Source: a virus (Duplodnaviria; Caudoviricetes). Taken from it: a DNA stretch of 37,139 nucleotides. Made by a program: the position numbers and the translations under genes. Shown piece by piece: positions 1-10,395 of the stretch; within the stretch, counting starts at the first letter, position 1, and every line of letters starts with the position of its first letter. The notes beneath the pieces are model-generated. The model ran no database searches. It had not been told where the DNA came from and was given only the letters and a program-made list of their open reading frames with translations. The stretch is taken from IMG/VR virus record IMGVR_UViG_3300025033_000039, positions 1 to 37,139 of that record. One strand, written 5' to 3'.

Positions 1-765
1 GGCGTTTGTTTCAGCTAACTCGGCTGCTGTTTGCGCTGTTTCGGCGTTTGTCTCAGCGAGCTGAGCGGCTGTTTCGGACGCCGCCGCGTTCGTTTCACTA
101 GTCGCAGCGTTAGTCTCACTTGTAGCAGCATTCGTTTCGCTAGTCGCAGCGTTAGTCTCACTTGTAGCAGCATTCGTTTCGCTCGTTGCTGCTGCGTTCT
201 CGGACACCAATGCTGCTGCGGCTGAAGCTGCTGCCGCTACAGCGTTAGCTTCTGCATCTTCAATCTCAGTAGTGGTAGGGCCCATCTCGAAAGCGTCCCC
301 GTCTGCGTTTACTGTTAACACGGCGTTTGCAGTGAGCACAGTTGGGAGCTCCATATTGAAAGAATCCAAGTAGGCTTTGGAGAGTTTCAGACTTCTAGAT
401 AGCAGATCTTTAATCCCTTGAGCTATGAGAGCCATTCTGTCATGCGCTTCTTCCATGGTTTCTGCTGGAAGAGATTCGTTATCTGCAGGGTTGTACGGCT
501 GCACCGCATCTGGGTTTCTATATATGACAAGGCTCGTTCCTGTAGCAGGGGCGACAAGCATCGTGACAGTTCCGCCCGAGTCTTCCCCCTCGCCCGCCAC
601 TGTGTAGTGAGTGGTGAGCTCTTTAACCGTCTCGACGCCAGTAGCTACTACCCTCTCTACGACTACAAGATCTTCGTTTTGAAGAAACTTGTAGCTGAAA
701 GCGAAATCGGTGGTTGACCCGTTGCCTGCGTATGAAACCCTGTTTGTTGTACTAGATAATGCCAT
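1..765 (-). CDS. Tail fibre protein, N-terminal part (runs off the left edge)
   Basis: Not in the ORF track. Manual translation from ATG 765 gives MALSSTTNRVSYAGNGSTTDFAFSYKFL... (podoviral tail-fibre head domain), open to position 1, followed by Ala-rich SETNAAT heptads. Purine-rich AGGTAGGA upstream. Confidence 0.88.
   Translation of the reverse strand, partial: MALSSTTNRVSYAGNGSTTDFAFSYKFLQNEDLVVVERVVATGVETVKELTTHYTVAGEGEDSGGTVTMLVAPATGTSLVIYRNPDAVQPYNPADNESLPAETMEEAHDRMALIAQGIKDLLSRSLKLSKAYLDSFNMELPTVLTANAVLTVNADGDAFEMGPTTTEIEDAEANAVAAAASAAAALVSENAAATSETNAATSETNAATSETNAATSETNAATSETNAAASETAAQLAETNAETAQTAAELAETNA
98..181. repeat. Two exact 42-bp tandem copies inside the tail fibre (SETNAAT heptads)
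   Basis: ctagtcgcagcgttagtctcacttgtagcagcattcgtttcg at 98-139 and 140-181, flanked by degenerate 21-bp units. Confidence 0.95.
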
Positions 766-780
766 GTTTCGATCCTACCT

Positions 781-3417
781 TTAAAAGCCGCCCCTTGGTA
801 TAACCTTGCTAGGCGGTACTATGAATTCTTGATCGTTCTCTGATTTAATTCTGCGCTCCATTCGCTTTAAGTAGCCGGGATTCATCATTTCTCTCATGCG
901 GTGCATAAAGAGGTAGTCAAATGCGGCTCTTGTGTAGAACAGATTTGTAGCTGTGCTGAGAACGGGTGTGTTGTTTATTGCAAAATTTAAGGTCTTCGCA
1001 GCGATAGGATCGCCTCTTGTTGCCGCCGACCAAAGCTTCAGAACCTCTTCAGCTTTGCCCGCCGTAGGCCCTGCTAAAGTAGCGATAGGGCTGCCCCCAA
1101 AACGGTTAGCGTCTCCGAAAATAAAATCTCCATATATCCCTAACGCGCCAGATTGAAGCATTGACGCCGTAGAAATTTTAACAAAGCTCTTCGCATCAGT
1201 GGGAATTCTCGGTTCCTTACCTTTAGTTAGGTCTTTTGCGGTCATAGCTGCGTAACCGAAAACAGTACTCCAAGCCATGAGGTTTGCTAAAGCTGCCTTA
1301 CCGCCTCTGTCGTCTGTCATAAGTCTTTTAAGTGCTTCAGGCGCGGAAACTCTCTGTGAGTGGTAGCCGTGAAGCTCGCGCCCCAAGTGCTTGCGTGCTG
1401 AAGTGAGCATGAAACTTTTGAACTGCATCATGCTGCGAATAGCCTCGCCTTTTGCGGTTCCCCTTTGGGACCCCATATTGACCATAGCTTTTTCAAGCTC
1501 CCCGGGTTCTGTCGTAGCCATTGCCCCGACTTCCCTGAAAAGCATTCTGTATTTTTGAGTGAGCTCATTTTTGAAATTAGTTCTCGAAGACTTAGTGATC
1601 TTCTTACCTAACTGCTTCAAGCGGCTATCAATCACGTCGTCGGATAAATCCGCTATACCCTCGGGCGTCAATACACTCCGCCCTTCCGAGTATTCTGCGA
1701 GCTTAGTTGCCCTAATGAGATCCCAGTCGCCATCTTCAATATCGAACTGACGCAGGATAGCTTGCATGCCTTCGGGAAGTTCTCCCATAGTTTTAGTGAC
1801 GTGTTGAGCATGTCTGAAAGCCGTTGTAATTACAGAACTTCTACGAAGAGTGTCCTGCCACCAAGTCAGACCGTTCATCTTAAAAGACCAACCGAGTAGT
1901 TTGGACATTTGCCCAGGAACATCTTTGTCGCCAACATCAAAGCGAGCGATAGAGGCGTTAACGGTGTCTTGATGTACGCCGAATTCAGCTAGTATCTCCA
2001 TCTGCTCGACGGTGGGTTTCCCTTTAAACCCGCCAAATAGATCGCCCATAGCTTGGCGCATTCCTTCGAACATATCCGAGTGTGTCCTTCCGTTTATATA
2101 TCTCATGGTCAAACCGTACATAGGGATATCGCCAAAACCTGAGAGAACAGAACTGCCCAGCATGGACGCGCTATTGATCGCCCTCACCACACTCCCCGCT
2201 GTAGCGAGTACGTTGTTTGCAGGAATATCTAACTCACCTTTTATGCTCGGGAGAAACTGTTTCTTAACTTCGTTTGCGTAGTACGATTTGAACTTAGCTA
2301 TAGTCTCTGGATTAGCTTCCGCTTTATTCAAGCGGTTGAGTGTCGCCTCGTAAATAGCGTCAAGGTTCATCTCCGCATTAGGTCCGAGTTTTTGCATGAA
2401 GCCTGTTTCTGTCCCGACTCTCTTCAAGCCATTCATCACATCTTCTGCCAAATTGTTTCCGCTGCCAAACTTTGCGTTATATTCGAAATCCGCATCAGGG
2501 GTTTTGAAATGAAGCACTCTTTCGTGAGACATTCCTTTGCCTATATTCGCAAAACCCTTTAACCCTGAAACAGGCTTGCCGCCTGCTTTTGTGTGGACGC
2601 CGTTTCTCAAACTCTGGTACATCTTGCCTAGAACTTTAGTTCTGTTCTGAACGGGAACATCAGGCATGGTGCGCTCCCAATCGATTCTTTCCTCAACGTA
2701 AGAGACCCAAGCCTCTTTATGTTTAGGACTTGTGATGGGCTCTGCCGCGCCCGCAGCTTTACCTAGCTTGTCTGCGTCGTGGGACCTTCTAATAACGTAG
2801 CCATCCATCTTCTTTATCCAAGCGCCGGACTTATTAGCTTCTTGCCTTGCGAGCTCGTTCATCTGTTTGATAATTTTTGCGTATTCAATAGCGTCTTTTG
2901 GAATGCTATTTAAAATTGCGCGGTCTGTGTCTTTGCCGTCAAGCGCGGCCATCGCCCGCCAAACGTCTCTATCTAATTTCCCTGATGCGGCCACATCAGA
3001 GATGCCCGCTTTTTGAAGTCTCGACATGAAAGAACTCATGTAATAGTCGCGAACAGAATGAACTCGGTTAGCGAGCCCAGTTCTAGAGCCTTGTCTGTCC
3101 GCTAAAGACTCTCCTAGGACAGCTTTGAATCCCTCGATCGGGTCGTCACCCCAGACGTTCTTTATGTAGTTTGTGTTGTTGATTCTAGCGCGAGTATTTT
3201 TAACTGCGTTTCTTTTCTCAACGAGAGCAGCTAGCTGAATTTCCTCGGCTCTAGCGTCAATAGCTTTTCTGACTCTAGCGTCTAAAGCTTCATGCGACTG
3301 CTCTGAGCTGAGTCTTTCCACGAGCCCTGATATCTCATCATTTAGTTCTTTTCTTTCGGCATCGGATAACTCCCTACCTAATAATTTTTGAACTTCTAAT
3401 TCACAAACCGCACTCAT
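781..3417 (-). CDS. Large internal virion (ejection) protein
   Basis: 878 aa, helical composition, last of the core-protein block before the tail fibre; assigned by synteny. Confidence 0.7.
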   Translation of the reverse strand: MSAVCELEVQKLLGRELSDAERKELNDEISGLVERLSSEQSHEALDARVRKAIDARAEEIQLAALVEKRNAVKNTRARINNTNYIKNVWGDDPIEGFKAVLGESLADRQGSRTGLANRVHSVRDYYMSSFMSRLQKAGISDVAASGKLDRDVWRAMAALDGKDTDRAILNSIPKDAIEYAKIIKQMNELARQEANKSGAWIKKMDGYVIRRSHDADKLGKAAGAAEPITSPKHKEAWVSYVEERIDWERTMPDVPVQNRTKVLGKMYQSLRNGVHTKAGGKPVSGLKGFANIGKGMSHERVLHFKTPDADFEYNAKFGSGNNLAEDVMNGLKRVGTETGFMQKLGPNAEMNLDAIYEATLNRLNKAEANPETIAKFKSYYANEVKKQFLPSIKGELDIPANNVLATAGSVVRAINSASMLGSSVLSGFGDIPMYGLTMRYINGRTHSDMFEGMRQAMGDLFGGFKGKPTVEQMEILAEFGVHQDTVNASIARFDVGDKDVPGQMSKLLGWSFKMNGLTWWQDTLRRSSVITTAFRHAQHVTKTMGELPEGMQAILRQFDIEDGDWDLIRATKLAEYSEGRSVLTPEGIADLSDDVIDSRLKQLGKKITKSSRTNFKNELTQKYRMLFREVGAMATTEPGELEKAMVNMGSQRGTAKGEAIRSMMQFKSFMLTSARKHLGRELHGYHSQRVSAPEALKRLMTDDRGGKAALANLMAWSTVFGYAAMTAKDLTKGKEPRIPTDAKSFVKISTASMLQSGALGIYGDFIFGDANRFGGSPIATLAGPTAGKAEEVLKLWSAATRGDPIAAKTLNFAINNTPVLSTATNLFYTRAAFDYLFMHRMREMMNPGYLKRMERRIKSENDQEFIVPPSKVIPRGGF

Positions 3418-3418
3418 A

Positions 3419-5041
3419 TCAGCCCCTTAATTTACAATCTGCAAAAGCTTTTATGGCTCTCGCTGTTTCTTCGCTTTTAACTATCATTTCGTCTGCGGCT
3501 TTAAATTCAGCATCAAAAGTTTCGTCCATGATTTCAGACATAGTTTTCAACTCGGCCAAATCTTCATCTATAGACGCTTTTATATCGTCTAAACCTTCTA
3601 CATCTTTCAGAGCTGCGATGTCGTCCGCATTTCTTGCGAGGATAGCCTCGTCGATCAAATCCGAGCCCGGTTGATCTTGCCCGAGCCTTCTCATATCGTT
3701 GATAGTAGCGTCACGTTCAGAAGCCAAAGGAAAGTCAGACTCTGTAGAAGTTTTACTTCTGTAATATTCTTGTCTCAAAGCGGGATCTGTAGGAATGTCG
3801 TCACGGAAATCAGCTCTAAATCCTTCTGAATCTACAAGTTTCTGGGGGAGGAATTCCCCGCCGTCAGCCGTCTTTATATTCCCGTCGGGCGTCACTTCTA
3901 CAATCTGCGTGGGCTTGATGCCTTTAGCTTGTATCGTTACTTTCTGACCGTTCGCATTTATAGCGTCGTCTACCTGACTTACAAAATTCTTAGACGCCAT
4001 CTCTACGTCAAACACCCCATCGGTTCGGCTCTCTACCGCGAGTGTCTTTCTACTCACGACTCTTTCAGGTAGTGGCTGGGCTTGAAATCTGATATCTGCT
4101 ACCGTACTTCTGAGCTTTGTCATTTGCTCAGACAACTCTTCGGCAAGTACAGCGTCACCTTTTGCAGTAGCCGCTTTTAGTTTTGTACTCAGATCATTAT
4201 AAGCTCTTATATTATCAAATTGGTGCGCTCTCATAACTGGGAGAACGTCTATGCGCCTGCCCTCTACGGCCTGCGCGATAGCTGTAGAAACTAAATCGTA
4301 TCTAGCTTCGGGGGTCTGTGCTGCCAAATGTTTCGGGAAACTTCCGTTCGGCTTCGCTTTGAAAATATCGCCTGTTTTAGAGAAGGCATTTGCCATCGCC
4401 CCAACCCCTACGTGAAGGCCGCCTCCTAAAACGCCCCCTAAAAGAATCATCTGACTGAACTCTGCGGCGTCGATGTCCTCTTGAAGAGAATCGTTGATGC
4501 CTGTAAATTCTACCGCACCTTCAGTTAATAAGTTACCTTGCACACCTGCGACAAACCCTTTAGACGCTCTAACCCCAACCCGCCCTATAGTCGAAGATAC
4601 TCTTGAAAGTTTAGCTGCCCATCTAGCTTCGCCGTACACAGGTATGAAAGACTCAGCTACGTTTATCGGGTCTACCAACGAGCCTACTAACATACCTGAA
4701 AGTTTAGCCGTGGTGTTAGCTATCGACGGCGTCGCTTGATTGAGGCGCTGCTGCCTTTTTTTCTGTTCGTATTTTCTTTGAATCAAAAATCCGGCTGTGT
4801 CGGATCTCATCCCTTCTTCAGGGACGTCTAAATTCACACCGTATTCTTTCGCTTGGGAAGCCACTACATCTCTGCCGATAATAGGGCTGTCATCTAACTT
4901 ATTTCGAATGAAACCAGCTATCTTAGTGCCGGGGTTTTGATCGAAGGCTTCGTCGAAAGACGCTTCGAATACGCCGTCGTTGAAGCTGACTTCTTCTAGG
5001 TATCTAGGCCCTCCGGTCTTGTTATCTCCGAAAGCTGGCAT
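3419..5041 (-). CDS. Internal virion (ejection) protein
   Basis: 540 aa with Gly-rich hydrophobic segments (MILLGGVLGGGLHVGVGA); position in the core-protein block. Confidence 0.65.
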   Translation of the reverse strand: MPAFGDNKTGGPRYLEEVSFNDGVFEASFDEAFDQNPGTKIAGFIRNKLDDSPIIGRDVVASQAKEYGVNLDVPEEGMRSDTAGFLIQRKYEQKKRQQRLNQATPSIANTTAKLSGMLVGSLVDPINVAESFIPVYGEARWAAKLSRVSSTIGRVGVRASKGFVAGVQGNLLTEGAVEFTGINDSLQEDIDAAEFSQMILLGGVLGGGLHVGVGAMANAFSKTGDIFKAKPNGSFPKHLAAQTPEARYDLVSTAIAQAVEGRRIDVLPVMRAHQFDNIRAYNDLSTKLKAATAKGDAVLAEELSEQMTKLRSTVADIRFQAQPLPERVVSRKTLAVESRTDGVFDVEMASKNFVSQVDDAINANGQKVTIQAKGIKPTQIVEVTPDGNIKTADGGEFLPQKLVDSEGFRADFRDDIPTDPALRQEYYRSKTSTESDFPLASERDATINDMRRLGQDQPGSDLIDEAILARNADDIAALKDVEGLDDIKASIDEDLAELKTMSEIMDETFDAEFKAADEMIVKSEETARAIKAFADCKLRG

Positions 5042-7179
5042 TAGAACGAAAGTCCTCTAGAAAAATCTTCCCCAGTAATGCCTTTAAACTCAGACGGATC
5101 AGACCCGATGTCTTCAAGCTCCGACCACTTCCATTTAGCCCTGATAGGTTTTCCTTTGTCGTCTTTTATCATGACGACGTTTCCTGTGCCGTCAATAAGT
5201 TCCACACCTGAATCGTCCCCTGCAGTCACAAAAGTTCCGTCATTACGAATAGACTCTCTGTACAGATCTGCTGAATCTTCTTCGCGAAGGCCACTTAACG
5301 CCACGGGTATGTTTGCCAAATCCAAAGTATCAATTCTGTTCTTTAATTTTCGCATACCCGCTCGCATCGGAGGCGCATCATTTGCCACAGGTATTCTAAG
5401 TCCGTCTTCGAAAACGTATCTGTCATTGATTATTTGACTAGCTATTTGATCGGCATCAACGTCTTCCCCGCTGAGCTGCTTGTACGCCACAGTCCTAGCG
5501 ATAGCATCTTGGTAGTCAGCTACGACTTGCTCCCTGTTAGCTAGGGTCTTCAGCGACCCCCTGAAATCCTGAAGCGCCGCGCGGGTAGAGTCTTCGATAT
5601 CTTTGTACTCTGCAGCCCCTAGTTCTTTTCGAAAGTGCTCTGTCTTAAGCACGGACGCTTCCATGACATCTTCAGCCAAACCGCGCAGAGCGGGTTGGTC
5701 TGCCATCGTAGCCGCGACATATTGAGATCCGTTCAAAGCCTTGTTCTTTTTTAAATCTCTGACTACGGCGGGGAAATGTCTCCCCCACTTCTGCTCTAAA
5801 GATTGGATATTATCGAGAGCCACTTTGCCGCCCTGATCGGCGATGTTTATCTGATCCATCGAAGCGCGAACTGAGTCCGCCTCTTGGCTAGTCAGTAGTG
5901 AAGGCGGAGAATTAGGGTCTATTCTCATTTGCTCTGAAATAGTAGCATCGGCGTAAGTCTCTAGCGTCTTGATAGTTGGGTTTTTTTGGAACTCAGTGTA
6001 AGCCGCAGATACAGCTTCGCTTCTCCCGATCACGTAGTTAGCGGGGTCAGCTTTGTATTGCCTGACAACTTGCTCGAAAGCGCCTTGCATAGCTTGTACT
6101 CCGCTCATCTCTGCCTCAAAATTATCGGCAGACACGGACTTCAACCCTTCTTTTTTGCTGGCTATTTCGGCACCTATTTCAGCCAAAGACTTGTCACTCT
6201 CCCTAACTTCGTTCATGGCGGTGGCGTATTTCCTGACGACTTGAGATTTTCTAATAAGCCTCTCTTGGTCCTTAGGGTCTTCTACGACTGATCGAATTTC
6301 TTCTTCAGTGAATCCACCTTCGTCGACTCCGGTGCTCTGAGCTTTCAAAGCCCAATCGTTGAACGCATTCACGTATTGGAAATTTTCGCGAGCTTTATGC
6401 TGCTTTACTCCAGCCTGCAAACTCTTTATCGCCCGTTGATAGTCTTTAGGGTCTGCATTAACTTTGAACATGTTCTTGTCGCTCTGTAGAGCTTTAACAG
6501 CGTTCTCGATGTCGGCGCTAGTAGTTGCCGTGTCTGAAAGCACAGTGTTTACGAAGCCGTTCAATCCGGCAGAGTGGTACTCGCTTTTAGCCATCTCTGT
6601 CAGCTGAGACTTAACCTTCCCGTCCACTTCCATGTTGTTTATTAGCGCCAAACTCCCGTCTAGCAATTCTCTGGTTTTGGAGTAGTCTCCAAAAACAATG
6701 TTCAAATCTTGATCGTGAACTTGTTTGAAATCGTTCACTTTCTTGCGGCTCACCGCTTGAACTTCGAAACTTCGCAAATCTCTTTCTTGAGAAAAATTTA
6801 TCTGCTGAAGGCTGTTATTCAAACGAGATTTTGCTTTCTGCGAGCCTTCAAATTTATCGACTAAAGATTGCCTTTGCTCTTCCAGTTCTTTGTAACTAGT
6901 TTCGGCAAAACCCTCCGCCTGATCGTCAGTCAAAGAGTTTTTCTTCTCCTGCATAGCCGTTAGAACTTGCTGCTGATATTTCTTAGCTTCAATGTCAGCT
7001 TTATATGCGTCGTTGTTTTCTTTGTGAGTGATGAGGGCTTGAGAGGTATTCTCTACTGCCCTGCCTATGCTCTCCATTCCCTCACCGATGCCTCCGCCAA
7101 AAACTTGGCTGGAAGCTCTTGGGCCCCCGCCCACTCCTACGCTAGCTACTTGTCTTTCTACAGTTTTAATTCTCGGCAT
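5041..7179 (-). CDS. Internal virion protein (T7 gp15-like position)
   Basis: 712 aa, MPRI N-terminus, coiled-coil composition; TAATG-coupled to both neighbours. Confidence 0.65.
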   Translation of the reverse strand: MPRIKTVERQVASVGVGGGPRASSQVFGGGIGEGMESIGRAVENTSQALITHKENNDAYKADIEAKKYQQQVLTAMQEKKNSLTDDQAEGFAETSYKELEEQRQSLVDKFEGSQKAKSRLNNSLQQINFSQERDLRSFEVQAVSRKKVNDFKQVHDQDLNIVFGDYSKTRELLDGSLALINNMEVDGKVKSQLTEMAKSEYHSAGLNGFVNTVLSDTATTSADIENAVKALQSDKNMFKVNADPKDYQRAIKSLQAGVKQHKARENFQYVNAFNDWALKAQSTGVDEGGFTEEEIRSVVEDPKDQERLIRKSQVVRKYATAMNEVRESDKSLAEIGAEIASKKEGLKSVSADNFEAEMSGVQAMQGAFEQVVRQYKADPANYVIGRSEAVSAAYTEFQKNPTIKTLETYADATISEQMRIDPNSPPSLLTSQEADSVRASMDQINIADQGGKVALDNIQSLEQKWGRHFPAVVRDLKKNKALNGSQYVAATMADQPALRGLAEDVMEASVLKTEHFRKELGAAEYKDIEDSTRAALQDFRGSLKTLANREQVVADYQDAIARTVAYKQLSGEDVDADQIASQIINDRYVFEDGLRIPVANDAPPMRAGMRKLKNRIDTLDLANIPVALSGLREEDSADLYRESIRNDGTFVTAGDDSGVELIDGTGNVVMIKDDKGKPIRAKWKWSELEDIGSDPSEFKGITGEDFSRGLSF

Positions 7180-7667
7180 TACGCTGTCCTCTTAAGGCCC
7201 GTATCAGGTGCGGGCGTGTTCAGCGTCGTAAAAGCCGAAGCTGTGGAAGAAAGCAAAGTCCCTGCAGCACTGAACCTGGACGCGTTCTGAGCCGCTTGCC
7301 CTTCCATGCGATCGAGATTAGCACCTTCTCGGTAAGCCCTAGCTTTTCTAGCGCCTTCTTCTTTAATATTGTTAGCGTCAGCCTCTATGTTAAAAAAGCT
7401 CTCTTGGAGGGCGTCTATAGCGGACCCTCCTAAACGGACACCGGATGCGCCTCTAGCGGCTTTGAAAGATCCAATTTGCTTGGAAGCTTGGATTCTGAAA
7501 ATCTTTTCTTGCTCGATAGCTTGCTGTTCAGTTTCCCGAGCATTTCGTTCATTTATTTTAGCGTTGTACTCCGCAGCTTTTCTGGCCGCATTTCCGCGCT
7601 TGATACTTCCTACGGCTGATACTGCCCCACCGATAAGGGCTCCCGCTGCTAAAACTTCTACACCCAT
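7179..7667 (-). CDS. Internal virion protein (T7 gp14-like)
   Basis: Hydrophobic Gly/Ala N-terminus and AARGASGV...GS motif typical of gp14-like ejection proteins. Confidence 0.72.
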   Translation of the reverse strand: MGVEVLAAGALIGGAVSAVGSIKRGNAARKAAEYNAKINERNARETEQQAIEQEKIFRIQASKQIGSFKAARGASGVRLGGSAIDALQESFFNIEADANNIKEEGARKARAYREGANLDRMEGQAAQNASRFSAAGTLLSSTASAFTTLNTPAPDTGLKRTA

Positions 7668-8092
7668 TTATTGATCCTCGAATACAATGCTGAATCACTA
7701 CCGTCCGCGTTATACGCGTACATTCGACTCGCCTCTAACTTAAATCCTAACGCCTTAGCCCACCTATGACCATTGTTGAAATCACATTTTATTAAGGCTT
7801 CCACACGCCTGTAGGGGGCTATCTGTAAAAATCTTTTCAAAGCATTGAAAATCAAAATAAACTTATCGCGCTTGTTTTGATGCAGTATCGTCCAAGCCTC
7901 GGCGCAATGGTCGTTTTTCTTCACAAGTCCCGCGCAAAAAACAGGCTCGCCATCTAGCAGTCCCGTATACGCATGGTCTAGTGATTCTGTGTAAGCCATT
8001 ACTTCCTCCGTGAAAACTCCGAGAAGAGGTTTATTACCCGCTTGCTCTAAAAGATATTCCGCGTGCTCGGTCTTAAATCTTACGATCTGCAC
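7658..8092 (-). CDS. GNAT-like protein at the T7 gp13 position
   Basis: RRVEALI...NGHRWAKALGFKLE GNAT-like motif, directly after the nozzle gene. Confidence 0.65.
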   Translation of the reverse strand: MQIVRFKTEHAEYLLEQAGNKPLLGVFTEEVMAYTESLDHAYTGLLDGEPVFCAGLVKKNDHCAEAWTILHQNKRDKFILIFNALKRFLQIAPYRRVEALIKCDFNNGHRWAKALGFKLEASRMYAYNADGSDSALYSRINKWV

Positions 8093-8094
8093 GC

Positions 8095-10395
8095 TTATCT
8101 ATCTTCCGTAGCCATTTGCGGCATTATAGCTAAAACAGTTCCGGGGCCGGGACCCGATTGTCTTATGCAAATATTGTTTTCAAAATCGTAATCTGAATCG
8201 AAAGTTTCTGACTTTATCCCCGAAAATAAAGGAACTGCTTCGCCTAATGGGTCTGAAGCGTTTCTGAAAATAATAGGTACTAGATCCGAAAAATCAGGCC
8301 CCCACTCCATGTTGATCGTTTTATGCAGAAGGATTCCGACTCTGTTTATTCTTTGGGTTTTCCCTAGTGCAGTCCCGTTAGCCGACCCCGATTCGAAACG
8401 CAGAGTTTCTACATCAGAATCATAAGCCAACCCTACTTGAACTTTCGACGCAGCTGTGTCTAACTCTATGGCTCCGCTAGCTACAGTCTTGGGGTTTTGA
8501 GCTGCCCCGTCGGCCCAGACACTGACTTCTTCACCCTCTAAATGGCTAAGTCCTGTGACGGAGGTTGTGGCCGTTCCGCTAGTGAAAGTTACCACTGAAT
8601 CGATTCCATCTTTCACGTCTTCCGCAGAGTCGGTGTCTTCGTATAGCTTAGATAGGTACTCTATGTATCTTACCGTGTCGCCATCTATGTAGCGCTTGAC
8701 AATCATCCAAAGCTCGTCACTTTTACCGTCAGCCGCAGGTATCACAGATATCGACTCTACTTCAGCTATGTTGCCGTCTGAATCACCTGCGCCCCCAATC
8801 TCGTGTCTGTGTATACCAAACTTAACCGCTTGGTCATCTAGTCGCTCATATCCGAGCCCAAGTAATGCGCCGTCACTTCGGATGGCCCACACGGTCGGGA
8901 TCGGCTCCCTCTGCAAGGCCAATGCTGTCACGCCGTTTTTGGTGATATGCTCACTTATGAAAGTTAAATCGTTCGACCTGAATCCGTCAGACTGAAACGA
9001 ATAAATTGAATCTCTTATTTTTTTTCCGGTCTTCTGTACAAAAATAACAGCGTTTCCAACTTGGACAGGAGTTGCACTGGAAGAGCCTGAAGTCGTAGAT
9101 CTCTTAGCATTCACGTTAGTAGGCGTTAGTGCCTCGCCTTGGGATGAAGGTCTAACTATCCACTCACCGCCAAAGGTTCCTATGAAAAGACCCTTAGGGC
9201 CTGATATTATGTTTTGGATAGCGTTCACGTCATTCGAGGCTAAAGAAAAACTTATACCGCCAGAATCGATTACCGCACCCGCCGCAGTAGTTGGGCTGAA
9301 ATCCTCATAGTTTCCTGTTTCACTTAGATCTGTTCTCTGCGGCTGATCCGCGTACTTAGACAACACTAAACGATCTTCGTGGAAAGTGACTAAGCCGGGA
9401 TTGCTCGTATTTCCAAAGCGCCAAACGCCGGCAGTAGCCGTAGACCCGAAAGCGGAAACTACGGTTACGTTGAATGTCTGCAAGTGGCCTACTACAATAC
9501 CCCTGTCGTTAACTTCAGCCCAACCCCAAGTGCTCCCCTGTAAAAGGCGAACGTAAACGCCCGCCCCAGGGTATATGTCTGGGTATACAAATCCAGATCC
9601 GTCATATCCCGCACCGGGGAAACTTGGGGATATTTTTATAGTGTTCGAGTCTACAACTCGGTTATCCGTGTCCGCATCTAGAGTGACCATACGGTCTAGT
9701 AGTATCTTATTCCCGCCATCCACACCTATACTGTCCCCGTCTACAAAGCCGTGATTAGGTATTGTCAAATTTGTATTTCCAGCCCCGTCATCAGCAATGG
9801 CAGTTATAGTTTGGTCTGGGCCCATCGTTACGTTTGTGTTTCCAGTGGTGGCAGCAGGAGTTAAAGTGGCAGTTTTTACGGCTTCCGTTTGCGCTCCTGC
9901 GCTTAAAGAATTGAAAGGTAGATAATTGGGCTCGTCGTAATCAACTTCTTCTAAAGTCCACTCGATATCACCAAGCCGAGTGAGTTTTCTAAGTCTGAAA
10001 CTTTGGTGGGCAAGATACATGATGTCGCCATTCTGAGCATAAGATAAATCCAAAACCTCTTCTTCATCGTAAGGAGTGGATATCTCATATGCACCTCCGT
10101 CTAGAAGCTGAGCGTTGTCTTTGTAGAATCTAATATAGTTGTTGCCAAACTCTAATTGGTAAGCAACTGTCGCGCTGAAAACAAAAGGTATTAATCTTGC
10201 TCCTTCAGAGCTAGTTTTTATCTCGTTAACATAAACTGATCCTGGCCTCCTAGTTATAGGGCCTTGCGGGAAAGGTATGTAATTCTTTAGCGTAGCTGCT
10301 GCCTCACGATATTTATCGGCTTCCATGCGGCCTTTGAGACGCGGGCTGAGCTCTCCTGAACTGAAATCATTTTTCAGTGGCGCACTTCTAGGCAT
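8095..10395 (-). CDS. Tail tubular protein B (nozzle)
   Basis: 766 aa; N-terminal FSSGELSP and GPITRRPG motifs, TFHEDRL beta-propeller motif. Confidence 0.88.
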   Translation of the reverse strand: MPRSAPLKNDFSSGELSPRLKGRMEADKYREAAATLKNYIPFPQGPITRRPGSVYVNEIKTSSEGARLIPFVFSATVAYQLEFGNNYIRFYKDNAQLLDGGAYEISTPYDEEEVLDLSYAQNGDIMYLAHQSFRLRKLTRLGDIEWTLEEVDYDEPNYLPFNSLSAGAQTEAVKTATLTPAATTGNTNVTMGPDQTITAIADDGAGNTNLTIPNHGFVDGDSIGVDGGNKILLDRMVTLDADTDNRVVDSNTIKISPSFPGAGYDGSGFVYPDIYPGAGVYVRLLQGSTWGWAEVNDRGIVVGHLQTFNVTVVSAFGSTATAGVWRFGNTSNPGLVTFHEDRLVLSKYADQPQRTDLSETGNYEDFSPTTAAGAVIDSGGISFSLASNDVNAIQNIISGPKGLFIGTFGGEWIVRPSSQGEALTPTNVNAKRSTTSGSSSATPVQVGNAVIFVQKTGKKIRDSIYSFQSDGFRSNDLTFISEHITKNGVTALALQREPIPTVWAIRSDGALLGLGYERLDDQAVKFGIHRHEIGGAGDSDGNIAEVESISVIPAADGKSDELWMIVKRYIDGDTVRYIEYLSKLYEDTDSAEDVKDGIDSVVTFTSGTATTSVTGLSHLEGEEVSVWADGAAQNPKTVASGAIELDTAASKVQVGLAYDSDVETLRFESGSANGTALGKTQRINRVGILLHKTINMEWGPDFSDLVPIIFRNASDPLGEAVPLFSGIKSETFDSDYDFENNICIRQSGPGPGTVLAIMPQMATEDR

